A stretch of 64,000 nt of DNA. Source: the human T2T-CHM13v2.0 reference genome, Homo sapiens. The stretch lies in NCBI RefSeq assembly GCF_009914755.1, contig NC_060925.1. One strand, 5' to 3'. The translations under genes were made by a program, and so were the position numbers. The notes below the pieces were generated by a model that had not been told where the DNA came from, ran no database searches, and was given only the letters and a program-made list of their open reading frames with translations. Shown in pieces: positions 1-12,858 of this stretch. Position 1 is the first letter of the stretch. The number at the start of each line of letters is the position of its first letter.

Positions 1-150
1 CCTAGCCTCCCTATAACTCCCCTTCCTATTAATGATAAGCCTCCTCTATTATCCCTGCCTAGAAGGAAACAAGGAAAGAAATCTCCAAGGGACCACAAAA
101 ACCCCCGGGCTATGGGTTATGTCCCCTTTAAGCTGTAGGGGGAGGGGAAT

Positions 151-1106
151 TTGGCCCAACCTGGGTACATGTCCCCTTCTCCCTCTGATTTAAAGCAGAT
201 CAAGGCACACCTGGGGAAGTTTTCAGATGATCCTGATAGGTATATAGATGTCCTACAGGGTCTAGGGCAAATCTTTGATCTCACTTGGAGAGATGTCATG
301 CTATTAGATCAAACCCTGGCCTTTAATGAAAAGAATGTGGCTTTAGCTGCAGCCTGAGAGTTTGGAGATACCTGGTATCTTAGTCAAGAAAATGATAGAA
401 TAACAGCTGAATAAAGGGACAAGTTCTCTACCAGTCAGCAAGCCATCCCCAGTATGGATCCTCACTGGGACCTAGACTCAGATCATGGGAACTGGAGTCA
501 CAAACATCTGTTGATCTGTGTTCTAGAAGGACTAAGGAGAATTAGGAAAAAGCCCATGAATTATTCAATGATGTCCACCATAACTCAGGGAAAAGAAGAA
601 AATCCTGACTTCCTCGAGAGGCTACAGGGGACCCTAAGAAAATATACTCCCCTGTCACCTGACTCCTTCAAGGATCAATTGATCCTAAAAGATAAGTTTA
701 TTACCCAATCAGCCACAGACATCGGGAGAAAGCCCAAAAGCGAGCCCTGAGCCCTAAACAAAATCTGGAGGCATTATTAAACCTGGCAACCTTAGTGTTC
801 TATAATCAGGACCAAGAGGAACAGGCTGAAAAGGAAAAGTGAAATCAGAGAAAGGCCACAGCCTTAGTCATGGCCCTCAGAAAAACAAACCTTGGTGGTT
901 CAGACAGGACAGAGAATGGAGCAGGCCAATCACCCAGTAGGGCTTGTTATCAGTGTGGTTTGCAAGGATATTTTAAAAAAGATTGTCCAATGAGAAACAA
1001 GCCGCCCCCTCGCCCATGTCCATTATGCCTATGCAATCATTGCCCCAGAGGACAAAGGTTCTCTGTGTCAGAAATCCCCAACCAGATGATGCAACAACAG
1101 GATTGA
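151..1106 (+). pseudogene. Endogenous retroviral gag remnant (capsid, major homology region, nucleocapsid) broken by stops and frameshifts
   Basis: ORF segments 151-357 (DLKQIKAHLGKFSDDPDRYIDVLQGL), 454-750 (TQGKEENPDFLERL, MHR-like) and 870-1106 (degenerate zinc knuckle). Confidence 0.85.
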
Positions 1107-2478
1107 GGGTGCCCAGGGCAAGCGCCAGCTCATGTCATCACCCTCACTGAGCCCCGGGTACATTTAACTATTGAGTGCCACGAAATTAACTTCCTCCTGG
1201 ACACTGGTGCATCTTTCTCAGTGTTAATCTCCTGTCCCAGACAGCTGTCCTCAAGGTCCGTTACCATCTGAGGAATCCTGGGACAGCCAGTAAACAGGTA
1301 CTTCTCCCACCTCCTCAGTTCTAACTGGGAGACTTTGCTACAGATGGTAAGTATGCTTATCTAATCCTACATGCCTATGCTGCAATATGGAAAGAAAGGG
1401 AGTTCCTAACCTCTGGGGAAGCCCCATTAAATACCACAAGGAAATCATGGAGTTATTGCATGCAGTGCAAAAACCCAAGGAGGTGGCAGTCTTACACTGC
1501 TGAAGCCATCAAAAAGGGGAAGGAGAGGGGAGAGCAGCAGCATAAGCAGCTGGCAGAGGCAGGCAAAGACCAGCAGAAATGAAAGAGAGAAAGAGACAGA
1601 AAGTCAGAGAGAGAGAGAGAGAGAGGAGGAGACAGAGACAAAGAGGGAGTCAGAGAGAGAGAGAAAGAGAGAGATAGAAAGCCAAAGAGAGAGAGGAAGA
1701 GACAAAGAGGGAGTCAGAAAGAGAGAAAGAGAGAGACAAAGAAGAAGTCAAAGAGAAAGAGAGATGGAAGTAGTAAAGAAAAAACAGTGTATGCTATTCC
1801 TTTAAAAGCCAGGGTAAATTTTAAACCTATAATTGATAATTGAAGGTCTTCTCCATAACCCTATAACACTCCTAACCACCGTGTTGTCAGTGTAAACAAG
1901 GGTGTAGCCCAAAAACACTGAGGCCACTGACAACCCATAGCCTTCCTATCAAAACCGTAGCCTTCCTATCAAAAATCCTTAACCCAGCAGGTTTCCTAAC
2001 AGGGGATCTAAATCTTAATTACTATACAAAGGTCCTATCAGACCTAGGAAGTACTCCCTTCAGAAGTGGATGATAGATGGTTCCTCCCAGGTGATTAAGG
2101 GAAAAAGACACAATGGGTATTCAGCAAGTGATAAAGAAACTCTTGTAGAAGCAGATTTAGGAAAATTGCCTAATAACTGGTCTGCTCAAACGTGCCAGTT
2201 GTTTGCACTCAGCCAAACCTTAAAGTACTTACAGAATCAGGAAGGAGCCATCTATACCAATTCTAAGTTAATATGGACTGAACGAGGTCTTATTAATAGC
2301 AAAGAATAATTGAAATCCCAAACTTACAAGGTTTTCAACAATAGTAAAGTTTGCTAAAAGTTAACAGTGTAACATGTATTATCCTACTACCACATGCTCT
2401 CAAAGGATTTCTCAGACAGTTCGCAAAAAATAACAAAATCTATCCTTACTCTACAATCCCAAATAGACTCTGGTAGCA

Positions 2479-2830
2479 GTGACTCTCCAAAACCGCCAAG
2501 GCCTAGACCTCCTCACTGCTGAGAAAGGAGGACTCTGCACTTTCTTAGGGGAAGACTGTTGTTTTTACAATAACCAGCCAGGGATAGAAGAAGATGCTGC
2601 CTGGCATTTACAGGAAAAGGCTTCTGAAATCAGACAACGCCTTTCAAACTCATACCAACCTCTGGAGTTGGGCAACATGGCTTCTCCCATTTCTAGGTCC
2701 TGTTTCAGCCATCTTGCTATTACCTTTGGGCCCTGTGTTTTTAACCTCCTTGTCAAATTTGTTACCTCCAGGATGGATGCCATCAAGCTATAGAGGTCTT
2801 ACAAATGGAACCCTAAATGAGGTCAACTAA
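2479..2830 (+). pseudogene. Endogenous retroviral env transmembrane-subunit fragment, frameshifted
   Basis: LQNRQGLDLLTAEKGGLCTFLGEDCC (immunosuppressive domain plus CX6CC), then WSWATWLLPFLGP membrane anchor in the next frame. Confidence 0.85.
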
Positions 2831-3008
2831 CAACTTCTACTGAGGCCCCTGGATCAACTCACTGGCCCTTTGTCTGGCCTAGAGAGTTCTCCTCTGGAGG
2901 ACGCTACCACTGCAGGCCCCCTTCTTCACCCCTATCCAGCAGGAAGTAGCTAAAGTAGTCATCGCCCAATTCCCACAGCAGTTGAGGTGTCCTATTTGGA
3001 GGGGGGAT

Positions 3009-3551
3009 TGACAGGTGAAGCCAGCTGGGCTTCTGGGTCAGGTGGGGACTTGGAGAACTTTTCTGTCTAGCTAGAGGATTGTAAACGCACCAAAGCTCTG
3101 TGTCTAGCTAGAGGATTGTAAACACACCAGTCAGCATTCTGTAAAAATGAACCAATCAGCACTCTGTAAAATGGACCAATCAGCACTCTGTAAAATGGAC
3201 CAATCAGCAGGACATGGGTGGGGCCAAATAAGGGAATAAAAGCTGGCCACCAGAGCCAGTAGTGGCAACCTGCTTGGGTCCCCTTCCATGCTGTGGAAGC
3301 GTTATTCTTTCATTCTTCATAATAAATCTTGCTGCTGCTCACTCTTTGGGTCTACACTACCTTTATGAGCTGTAACACCATGAGGGTCTGTGGCTTCATT
3401 CCTGAAGTCAGTGAGACCATGAACCCACCAGAAGGAACAAACTCCGTATGTGCCACCTTTAAGGGCTGTAACACTCACCACGAGGTCTGCAGCTTCATTC
3501 TTGAAGTCAGCGAGACCAAGAGCCCACCAGAAGGAATAAATTCCGGACACA
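3009..3551 (+). mobile_element. 3' LTR of the LTR12 (ERV9) family
   Basis: TG...CA ends. Starts TGACAGGTGAAGCCAGCTGG. Repeated CTAGCTAGAGGATTGTAAA and (GG)ACCAATCAGC(ACTCTGTAAAAT) CCAAT-box units at 3068-3210. AATAAA at 3235 and 3321. Ends TCCGGACACA. Confidence 0.9.
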
Positions 3552-5577
3552 AACTCAGAATACTCTAATACTATAATTGTAGTGTGCAATCCACTTATAA
3601 ATCAAATATGAAGCCTCAAAAAGCAAATCTATCAAAAACAATCATAGCTACAGAAACTTGTTAAGAGATAGGTAATATAAAGATATGTAAAGTCAATTAA
3701 AATTCAAAATGAGAGAGAAATGAAGTTAAAATGTGGAAGTTTTGTTTTTTCTTTGTTTGTTTCTATTCTTTGTGATCTAAGATAAGTTGTCATCTCTTTA
3801 AAATAACTTGTTATATCTACAAGACGTTTTTTGTAAACCTCATAGTAACCATAATGCAAAAACCTATAATAGATTCACAAAAATTAAAAAGCAGCAAATT
3901 AAAACATACTACCACAGAAAATCACTTAACCACAAAAGGAGAGTCAGAAAAGAAGAAAGGAAGAGAGGAGTTTCAAAATACCAGAAAACAAGCAACATAA
4001 CGGCAGTAGCAATTCCCTACTTATCAATAATAACACTGGATTTACATGGACTTGATTCTCCAATTAAAAGGCATAGGGTGGCTGAATGGATAAAGAAACA
4101 ATACCTAACTACATGCTGCCTATAAGAAACCCACTTCACCTCTAAACATATAGATAGACTGAAAGTGAAGGGGTGAAAAAAGATATTGCATGCAACTGGA
4201 AACTAAAAAAGAGTGGGAGTAACTATACTTATATTAGAGGAAATAGACTACAAATCAAAGATTGTAAAAAGGGATAAAGAAGTTTACTACATAATGATTA
4301 AAAGGTCAATTCAGTAAGAAAATGTAACCATTATATACATCTATGAACCAACACTGATAGGTCTATACAAATATAAGTATAAAAAACTGATTAAAGTAAT
4401 TGAACGAAACATTTAAATAAGGATATTCTATGTCATGGATTGGAAGAATTAATATTGCTAAAATAACAATACTATCCAAAGCAATTTACAGATTTAATGC
4501 AATCCTTATTAAAAAACCAATGCCATTCTTCACAGAAATAGGACAAATGCTAAAATTTATATGAAACCACAAAGACCCTGAAGACCCAAAGCAATTCGGA
4601 GCAAAAAAAGAAAAAAAAAAAAAAAAGGCTGGAGGCATCACATTACCTGGCTTCAAAATTTACTGCAAAGATATAATAACCAACTATTCACAATAGTAAA
4701 GACATGGAATCTATCCAAATGCCCATCAATGGTAGACTGGATAAAGAAAATGTTGTACATATACACCATGGAATACTATGCAGCCATAAAAAGGAACAAG
4801 ATCATATCCTTTGTAGGGACATAGACGGAGCTGGAAGCTGTTATCCTCAGCAAACTAATGCAGGGACAGAAAACCAAACACCACATATTCTCAGCTGAAT
4901 GAGCTTAATGATGAGACCGCATGGACACATACTGGGCCTGTTGGGGGTGGGGTGTTGCAGGAAGGAGAGCATCAGGAAGAATAGCTAATGCATGCTGGGC
5001 TTAATACCTAGGTGATGGGATGATCTGTGAAGCAAACCACCATGGCACATACTTACCTACGTAAGAAACCTGCATATTCTGCACATGTACCCTGGAACTT
5101 AAAACAAAAATTAAACATTAAAAAAAAAGCTATAGTAACCCAATTAGCCTAGAACTGGCAAGAAAACAGACACATAGACCAATGAAACAGAATAGAGAAC
5201 CCAGAAATAAACCGATGCATTGACAGCCAACTCATCTTCAACAACAGCACCAAGAGCATACAACAGGAAAAGGAGTGTCTGTTTAATAAATGGTGCTGGG
5301 AAAACTAGGTAATTACATGTAGAAGGATGAAACCAGACCCCTATATCTCACCATACACAAAAATAAAATTAAAATGGATTAAAGGTTTAAATCTAAGACC
5401 TAGAACTATGACTATGAAACAATTAGATGAAAACTTTGGGGAAGTGTTCCAGGACATTAGTCTGAGCAATGATACTTTGTGTAAGACCTCTAAAGCACAG
5501 GCAACCAAGAAAGAATAGACAAATGGGATTGAATCAGGCTAAAAAGCTTCTGCACAGCAAAAGAAACAATCAACAAT
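3552..5577 (+). mobile_element. Old L1 (L1MA/L1PB-like) ORF2 fragments, internally deleted and interrupted by a younger L1 3' end
   Basis: Endonuclease N-terminus (YLSIITLDLHGLDSPIKRHRVAEWIKKQ in 3808-4125) and ORF2 C-terminal similarity (5327-5518, KPDPYISPYTKIKLKWIKGLNLRP). Confidence 0.75.
4684..5128 (+). mobile_element. L1PA 3' end fragment with poly(A), nested in the older L1
   Basis: ORF2 end and 3'UTR (GCACATGTACCCTGGAACTTAAAA), A tail, degenerate TSD AAAGATATAATAACC / AAAGCTATAGTAACC. Confidence 0.75.
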
Positions 5578-6180
5578 GATTTAAGGTCCTGTATGGGGGA
5601 TTTGTTAAAGTATAATCAAAATGGAGGCCACAGTATATCCTTAGGTTAACCACTCATAGCCACATGACCAAAATTTAAGCTATCCTGACTTCCCTGAAAT
5701 GCAATTTCTAACCATTAACAAAAGTTAAGCTTTCCTTTCTTGTTAGTATGATGAAATTGAACCAATTTGTTACAGACAAATAAGCTTATACAGCTCTACT
5801 TGCCCAAAAAGGAATATAAGTTTTTAACAGCCAGTCACAATAGAGGTCAATGCACTTCCTCATTGATGCTTTATAAGCTGCACTGTAACTCTCATGTCAA
5901 GTTTCTTACTACTTTTGATTTGAAGTCTTCCGGTTTGTGAACTATTCTTTTGTATGTATGATAACCTGCATATTCCTTTTTTACTTGATCTGACTTTATT
6001 TTTACGCGGTCCTCCATGGTGTTTGGGTTTCTCACAGTGTGGCAGTCTCAGGATAATACCGTAGTACTTTTCACCAGGCAGCTGTCTTCTATGAGCAAGG
6101 TCTCCAAGAGAAAGGAAGTGGAAGCTCTTGTGGTCTGGAACAGAAAGCCCACACAATCTTTCTCTCTTGCTCTCTCTCTC

Positions 6181-6488
6181 TTTTTTTTTTTGAGACAGAG
6201 TTTTGCTCTGTTGCCCTGGCTGGAGTGCAGTGGCGCAATCTTGGCTTACCGCAAGCTCTGCCTCCTGGGTTCAAGCAATTCTCCTGCCTTAGCTTCCCAA
6301 GTAGCTGGGATTATAGGCATGTGCCACCACGCCCAGTTAATTTTTTTTTTTTTTTTTTTTTGCATTTTTAGTAGAGATGGGGTTTCACCATATTGGCCAG
6401 GCTGGTTTCGAGCTCCTGACCTTGTCATCTGCCTGCCTCAGCCTCCCAAAGTGCTGGAATTACAGGCGCGAGCCACCAGGCCTGGCCA
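6181..6488 (-). repeat. Alu (AluS-like)
   Basis: Reverse-complement Alu consensus with poly(T) and expanded middle T-run; GCCCACACAAT duplicated on both sides. Confidence 0.9.
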
Positions 6489-8369
6489 GCCCACACAATA
6501 TCTCTTCAGCAATATTCAGTAGGTTAGGGGAGTCACAGAGCCCACCCAACTCAAGGGGAGAAAACAAAGGACCCTTATTCCCCCTTTATACACTTCATGA
6601 TGATGAGAGTATCAAAGTGCTTGTTGCAATATTTATTTCACCAAGGAGGAAAAGGTCAGTTTGGACCAGAAAGGTCAGAAAAAGTTATATAGGGAAGGCA
6701 GTTGATAAGCTGGTTTTAAAGGATATGGAGCATTTGAAAAAGTGGAATGTGCATAAGGCTGGAAATATCAAATATCTAAATATAGAACAGGAACAATGAT
6801 GAAAAGACTTTCAAAATGCTTAGCAAAATGAGAATTATATTTCTTTCTCAACTTTTTTGTTCTAACAGCAAAAGCAACAGTGGGGATCAGCATCAACTTG
6901 GGCAAGTAAGTTTTTCTTGTCATAAATAGGCTGATTCAACTGAAAAAAAAATGTTTAAGTAAGTTCAGCTCATTTGAAGACGGGTGAATACTGTGTCTAA
7001 GGATTTTATGAGACTAACTGGGAAAAGTCAGTCAGAGTTTAGTTTGAGGTGAGAAGTGCTTAGTGTTGACACTCTACCTAATTATAGGGAAACGTGTGCA
7101 GTTAGTCCTGAGACCAGATGCAGGGTAGAAAGAAAGAGGCGTGATGTAGCAGCCATTGATTAGGCAATTTGGGTTTAGCAAGCCCAGTCAATGCCCTCAG
7201 AGGGTCAACAGTGTATACAATTTAGTCCTTGAAGGCATCTTTTAAAGTTTCATTCAAAAGATTTTAATCATTGTGACCATAATTTTCTGAGAAGAGGCTT
7301 TTCTAAGATTTGTTATTCACAGATAAATAGTTGTCTAATTTGTGTGTGTGTGTGTGTACATGTGTGCATGCGTGCATTCGTGCATGCGTGCCTATCTAGC
7401 CTTTTTTGAACACAATGACTGGCACCTGGTAGATAATATGGTTGAATGAATTGTATTATTCATATTCTCTCACTGCCAACTTGAAGAATCTACATCTGTT
7501 TCCAAAGTTTTGCGCATATAATACTAAAACAAAAACGGACATGTTTTAGTAATACGTACCAATTACAAATTAACCATTCCTGCCTGGAATAAGCATAGGT
7601 TTTGTTAAATAGTTCAATTTTCAAAATTTGTCTCTTATGTTATTTCCAATCCTTTTTTTTTTTTTTAACGCTGATATATTTTGAATTTACGAATGTGAAA
7701 GCTGAACTTCAAAAAATAAAGGGAGAGGAAACAAAGCTCGTGAAAAATATTTAAAATATCTTTTAATGCGTTATAACATCCTGGAGAGAAATCAAATCAA
7801 TGTGTTTCAATGTTACAACATAGATTTCTCCTCCCCTCCCGGATAAAGCACTAATTTATTTAATTTGGTTCAGAGCACTGAATATTCCAAGCTACAGCCT
7901 CGTGGGTAAGAGATAGCATTATCTTAAACAGTGTTCGGATTTAACAAAGGTCAACGTCTTGTGCAGTTTACATAGCATCTACTCTCAGTAGCTTTTGCTT
8001 CTTGAGCTCTACGTGGCTCCTCAGAAGCTGTTAGGCTTAACAAACAAAAATAAAGTAAAATCAGATACGGTATGGGGCCTTGGGACACTGAAACCTTCAT
8101 CCGTAGAAAATCAGTTAAGTCTTCACAGGCTAGAAGAGAGGGTGTGTGTGATTAGTAGGCAAAGCAAAGAAAGATCAGTACAAGTTGTCTGGCAGCTGGA
8201 TAAAACCTTACACCTGCGCAAAAATAAGCCTCCCTCATAAGAAAGCCCAAAGATGTCCGGGGTCGGGGAGGAGGAAAGTGTCTCTCATCTGTCCCATCAA
8301 CGAAAATTAGTGAAATCTGCCTCAGATGAAGTGCAAAGGCCAGTCTGCAGGGATAGTTTCAACCTCTCC

Positions 8370-9110
8370 CCACGCGATGGGCTACACATCACCTGCCCAA
8401 GCTCTCTCCCGACCTGCTAGAGCCTAGAGGGCGGAGGCCGGAGAGGCTGCAGCCGGGAGTAGCACCGCACATCCGGGAACGCCAGCAGCGGGCTGAGGGC
8501 TGCATAACTGATGGAAGGCCGGGCGCGGTAAGAGCGTCTCGGGGAGTAGGGCAAGGCGGCCGGGCCCCTCCCATTCCGCCTTTTCTTCAGCGTCCTGCCC
8601 GCGGCACTGGCTGCGGGTGCCGGGCCACCTGCGAGTGTGCGGAGGGATTCCGGACACCCGCGGCGGCGAGCTGAGGGAGCAGTCTCCACGAGAACTGAGG
8701 CGGACCCTCTGGCGCCATGCGCGCCCTCCCCGGCCTGCTGGGGGCGAGGGCGCCTACGCCCCGGCTGCTTCTCCTCCTCCAGTGCCTTCTCGCCGCCGCG
8801 CGCCCAAGCTCGGCGGACGGCAGTGCCCCAGGTGTGATGGGTACAGGGGCCAGGGTAGGGAGGGCGGAGGGCGCGCGAGGCTCGGGTCCCCGCGGGCAGA
8901 GGGCATCGCTGGCGCTCCGGGCAGGGTTGGCGGGGAGAGGCGCGGGGATGCTGGTGAGGGCGGGTGGCGAGAGTCGGCGGCAGCCTCCCATTGGCTACGT
9001 TTGTGTCACCTGAGCTGAACCCTGGAACTGGTGCCGCTCGCGCTCCCGCGCTCTTTGGGGGCGAGTCTTAAACAAACAGCGCCCCGCGAGTCGGGCGCGT
9101 AGGTATCAGG
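8370..9110 (+). promoter_or_regulatory. CpG island / GC-rich promoter spanning exon 1 of the embigin copy
   Basis: Abrupt rise in GC and CpG density, GC box GGGCGG at 8429-8434, strong Kozak context GCGCCATGC at the ATG (8717). Confidence 0.85.
8717..8831 (+). pseudogene. EMBP1: Embigin exon 1 coding part (signal peptide MRALPGLLGARAPTPRLLLLLQCLLAAARPSSADGSAP), ends phase 1
   Basis: ATG at 8717, hydrophobic leader, donor CAG|GTGTGA at 8831/8832. Confidence 0.9.
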
Positions 9111-9258
9111 GCAGAGTCTGGTGTTTCCTAGGAAGACGGCAGTGGGGTGTGTGGGTGGATGCAGGGACCAGATAGCGATTTGGCTTGTGCAAATGTGGCA
9201 TGAATTTTGAAAGCCACATTTCCCCAAGGCCTACTCCCTTTTCTTGATTCGAGAGTGA

Positions 9259-9617
<359 letters not shown>

Positions 9618-10252
9618 GAGGATGTTTTTTTAGAGCTGAGCGGGGGAAAAAACATCATAACCAACTAGCCAACCAAAGATCCACAACTTAAAGGATAACG
9701 TGTGTGTATCTTCATTTTACACCGTGGTCTTTGAAAACAAAATGTGTGTGTGCGTGTGTGTGTGTGATTTTTGCTTGTTTTATTATTTAAGACACTTTGA
9801 CAGAGGGATTATATGCAAAACATTACCAAAGCCAACACGAAATTTGCCATTGTACCTTCACCTGTTTATAATTACTTTTCATATTGAAAGGATTCCATCC
9901 AACCTATTGCAAGTTTCTGTGTCATAACTGTTAACAGCCAGTAAGGGTAATAAAACACCACCTCTCAAGTTGGTAAATATTGGCCACCAGTAACTAAAAT
10001 TGGGACATTATTCTGCAAAAAGTTTTCAAACTCTCATGGGAATTTATTTTCATGGGCTTGTAATATGTGGAATTTTTGTAACACACCATAGAGAAAGAAG
10101 GATAATCAAAAGGTAAGACTATTAATTTTTATAAATGCCTTTTAAAAGGTCTAGTTGTTAACAACTTGGACAGAACATCTTGGGTTGCTTCAGTTCTAAA
10201 TTTCCTTGTGCCATATCTCTTTTCCATAATACCACTTATAAAGAATGGTCCA

Positions 10253-10560
10253 GGCCTGTAATCCCAGCACTTTGGGGTGCTGAGGTGGGAGGATGGCTGG
10301 AATCCAGGAGTTCAAGACCACCCTGGGCAAAATAGCAAGGTCCCTTATTTATTTAAAAAAAATTTTTAAAGTGCGGTTGTGGTGATGTACACCTGTAGTC
10401 CCAGGTGCTTGGGACGCCAAGGCAGAAAGATTGCTTCAGCCCAAAGTTTGAGGCTGCAGTGAGCTATGATGATGATGGTGCCAGTAAGCTCCAGCCTGGG
10501 TGACAGCGCAAAACTGTCTCAAAAAAAAAAAAAAAAAAAAGAAAAAAAAAAGAAAAAGAA
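10253..10560 (+). repeat. Alu (AluJ-like), slightly 5'-truncated
   Basis: Diverged Alu consensus, long A tail, degenerate TSD AGAATGGTCCAG / AGAATTGCCCAG. Confidence 0.85.
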
Positions 10561-12534
10561 ACAGAATTGCCCAGTTCATTTTTCCCCCTTCTGGGTATCT
10601 CCAATTCTTCTATCCCTGGTTCATCTCAGAGTATTGCGGTTCTGAGAACCAGTGCATTCTGGATTCATTGTAGAACTTTGATTCTCTACTTGACTGTATG
10701 TCAGAATCACCAGAGAGCTTGAAAAATCCTGATACCTGGATCTTTCCCTACAAAACTCTGGTTCGTTTGGCTTGGGATTCAGTGTGGGCATTAAGAAGTT
10801 TTATCAGCTCCCCATGTAGCTTTAAATGTGATTTTGAGCTGGTTAAAAACCACAGCTTTAAAATGATATGGCCTAGAGAGTGCACTGTTAGATAAATACT
10901 TATTCCATAGGCATCACGGTTAAGTTGATATGCAGAGAAGATCTCTAAAGAGAGAGAGAAAAAAAGGTAGGAAACAAATGAAAGTGGAATAAATGAAGGT
11001 GTATATCAATAAGATGAATGGGGGAGGGGATGTCCCTCTATGTATATGGTATAAGTTCTGTCCTTTTAGCTCCACTTAAGCTAAAATTGTGGAACAATGT
11101 ACAAGACAAAAGTTATGAAGTTAGCATCGAATTTAAGCCAGAATTAAAAATTGTCAGGCACTCTCAGCTTGTTTTCTAGATTCGGTATTGATCTCTGCAA
11201 AATTCAGTTTTCTCTTTGCAAAAGGATATTGTGAGGTTTACTGGATATTTTTTACCTAGATGTATAGACCTACACACTTGGACATAGGTTTTCTGTTAAC
11301 CTAAGACTTTGAGTCAAATTTTAATAATAAGAATAGTTATAAATGTATAGCCCTACGAGTTAGCATTTTTTTTAGTTCCAGCTGAAAAAAAATAGAATTG
11401 TCCAGGACATTTTTCTCCGTTCTGGGTATCCCCAATTCTTCTATCCCTGATTCACCTTTCAAAATTCATCTCAGAGTATTGCAGTTCTGAGAACCTCTGC
11501 ACTCCTGGGGAATTCTCACTCTTTTGCTCAGGCTGGAGGGCAGAGGCACATTCACAGCTCACTGCAGCCTTGACCTTCTGGGCTCAAGATGAAGAAATCG
11601 GGGCTTAGTTTAATAATTGCCCAAGTACACATACTTAGTTAAGCAGCAGAGCGGGAAATTTGGCATTGGTCCATCCAGTACCTGTTTGCTTAAACACAGT
11701 GCTTAAACACAATATCCAGTTGTCTCTCTGAGTTAATTGGAAATGTCTGTGAAAGTTCAGAACTACTGACAGCATAGCCTACGCATTTAAATGTCTGATT
11801 TGCACTGAATGACATGCTGACACGGTTTGAGTCCTGGAATAAAATTAGGTACAGGGACTCTTCTAAGGTTTTTTGATTAAATAAGACATGTAATATATCT
11901 TTGTAAAGGATACATCAGTGGGAATTTTTAAATATCATTATTATTACTATTACATGGCACAAATTGGAGAAATGGGTCATGTTTATCTTTTGAAAAATGT
12001 TTGCAGTAGAATCATTTTAAATGATCCTTTTAACTTCCATAGGACGTGGCTTTTGCATTCCCTTTATGAACCCCCTTCCCTACTAAACCCTCACCCCAAA
12101 CACAGTAGCTTTCTAGTAATAAATATTTTTGAAGCAAATATTATTCTAGCACCCACATATGTCTGACATTGTTAGCCCATATCTCAGTAGAACATGCTAG
12201 CAGTTTTTTACCTTTAAGGACATTTAAAGGGGTTCCCACTGGACAAATCTGGGACAAATTGAGCATCAAATAAATAATAATATTAGTGGATTGCAACTCA
12301 TTTAATAATATGGGAATTCATGAGTACCAACTGATGTAAACTAAAAAAGGAGTCAATGAAAAGTTTGATGGGATACAAAGTACTGAAGATTCAAAGTAAC
12401 TCTTCAGAATGTGCTTATTAGTATCAAGGGCAAAAGAGTAACTTTATGGTGGAGAAGCTTGGCAGACAACACTTTGATCAAATGATCAAAGACCAAAATC
12501 TGTTTAAAGGGAACAGATTAACCATAAGCCTACC

Positions 12535-12858
12535 TTTATTTATTTATTTATTCATTCATTCATTCATTTAATTTTTGAGACAGGGTCTCACTCTGTCATT
12601 CAGGCTGGAGTACCAAGGCACACTCATGGCTCACTACAGCCTTGACCTTCTGGACTCAAGGGATCCTCCCACTTCAGCCTCCCACATGGCTGGGACTACA
12701 GGCATATGCCACCACACCCGGATAATTTTTGTATTTTTTGTAGAGATGGGGTTTCACTACGTTGCCTAGGCTGGCCTTGAACTCCTAGGCACAAGCGATC
12801 TTCCTGCCTTGGCCTCCCAAAGTGTTGGGATTATAGGCAAGAGCTACTGTGCCCAGCC
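12535..12858 (-). repeat. Alu (AluJ-like) with (TTTA)n(TTCA)n tail
   Basis: Reverse-complement Alu consensus; TAAGCCTAC on both flanks. Confidence 0.85.

Larger units (their letters stand above)
1..3008 (+). mobile_element. Internal region of a defective ERV9 (HERV9/HERV-W supergroup) provirus, 5' part outside the window: gag, pro, deleted pol, AG-rich tract, env TM fragment, polypurine tract
   Basis: Gag capsid-like ORFs (151-357, 454-750). Zinc knuckle CYQCGLQGYFKKDC in 870-1106. Protease motif FLLDTGA at ~1191-1211. RNase H fragments. Env immunosuppressive motif LQNRQGLDLLTAEKGGLC. Polypurine tract GGAGGGGGGA at 2998-3007 directly before the LTR. Confidence 0.85.

Noticed and set aside
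1938-1974. Tandem duplication of TAGCCTTCCTATCAAAA; similarly AGGGAAATAGCCATTTT at 63190-63234
   Set aside because: Small slippage duplications with no sign of function.
3068-3210. Short spaced repeats resembling an array
   Set aside because: Normal LTR12 U3 tandem units in eukaryotic DNA; not CRISPR (no unique spacers, no cas genes).
6016-6799. 168-aa and 140-aa ORFs as novel genes; likewise ORFs at 9334, 20949, 31210, 42479, 43266 and 61523
   Set aside because: They are translations of Alu sequence ([21 protein letters not shown]-type peptides).
8389-9227. Cluster of overlapping GC-rich ORFs, including the 98-aa ORF 8717-9013
   Set aside because: Stop-poor CpG island. Only 8717-8831 is exon; the remainder is read-through into intron 1.
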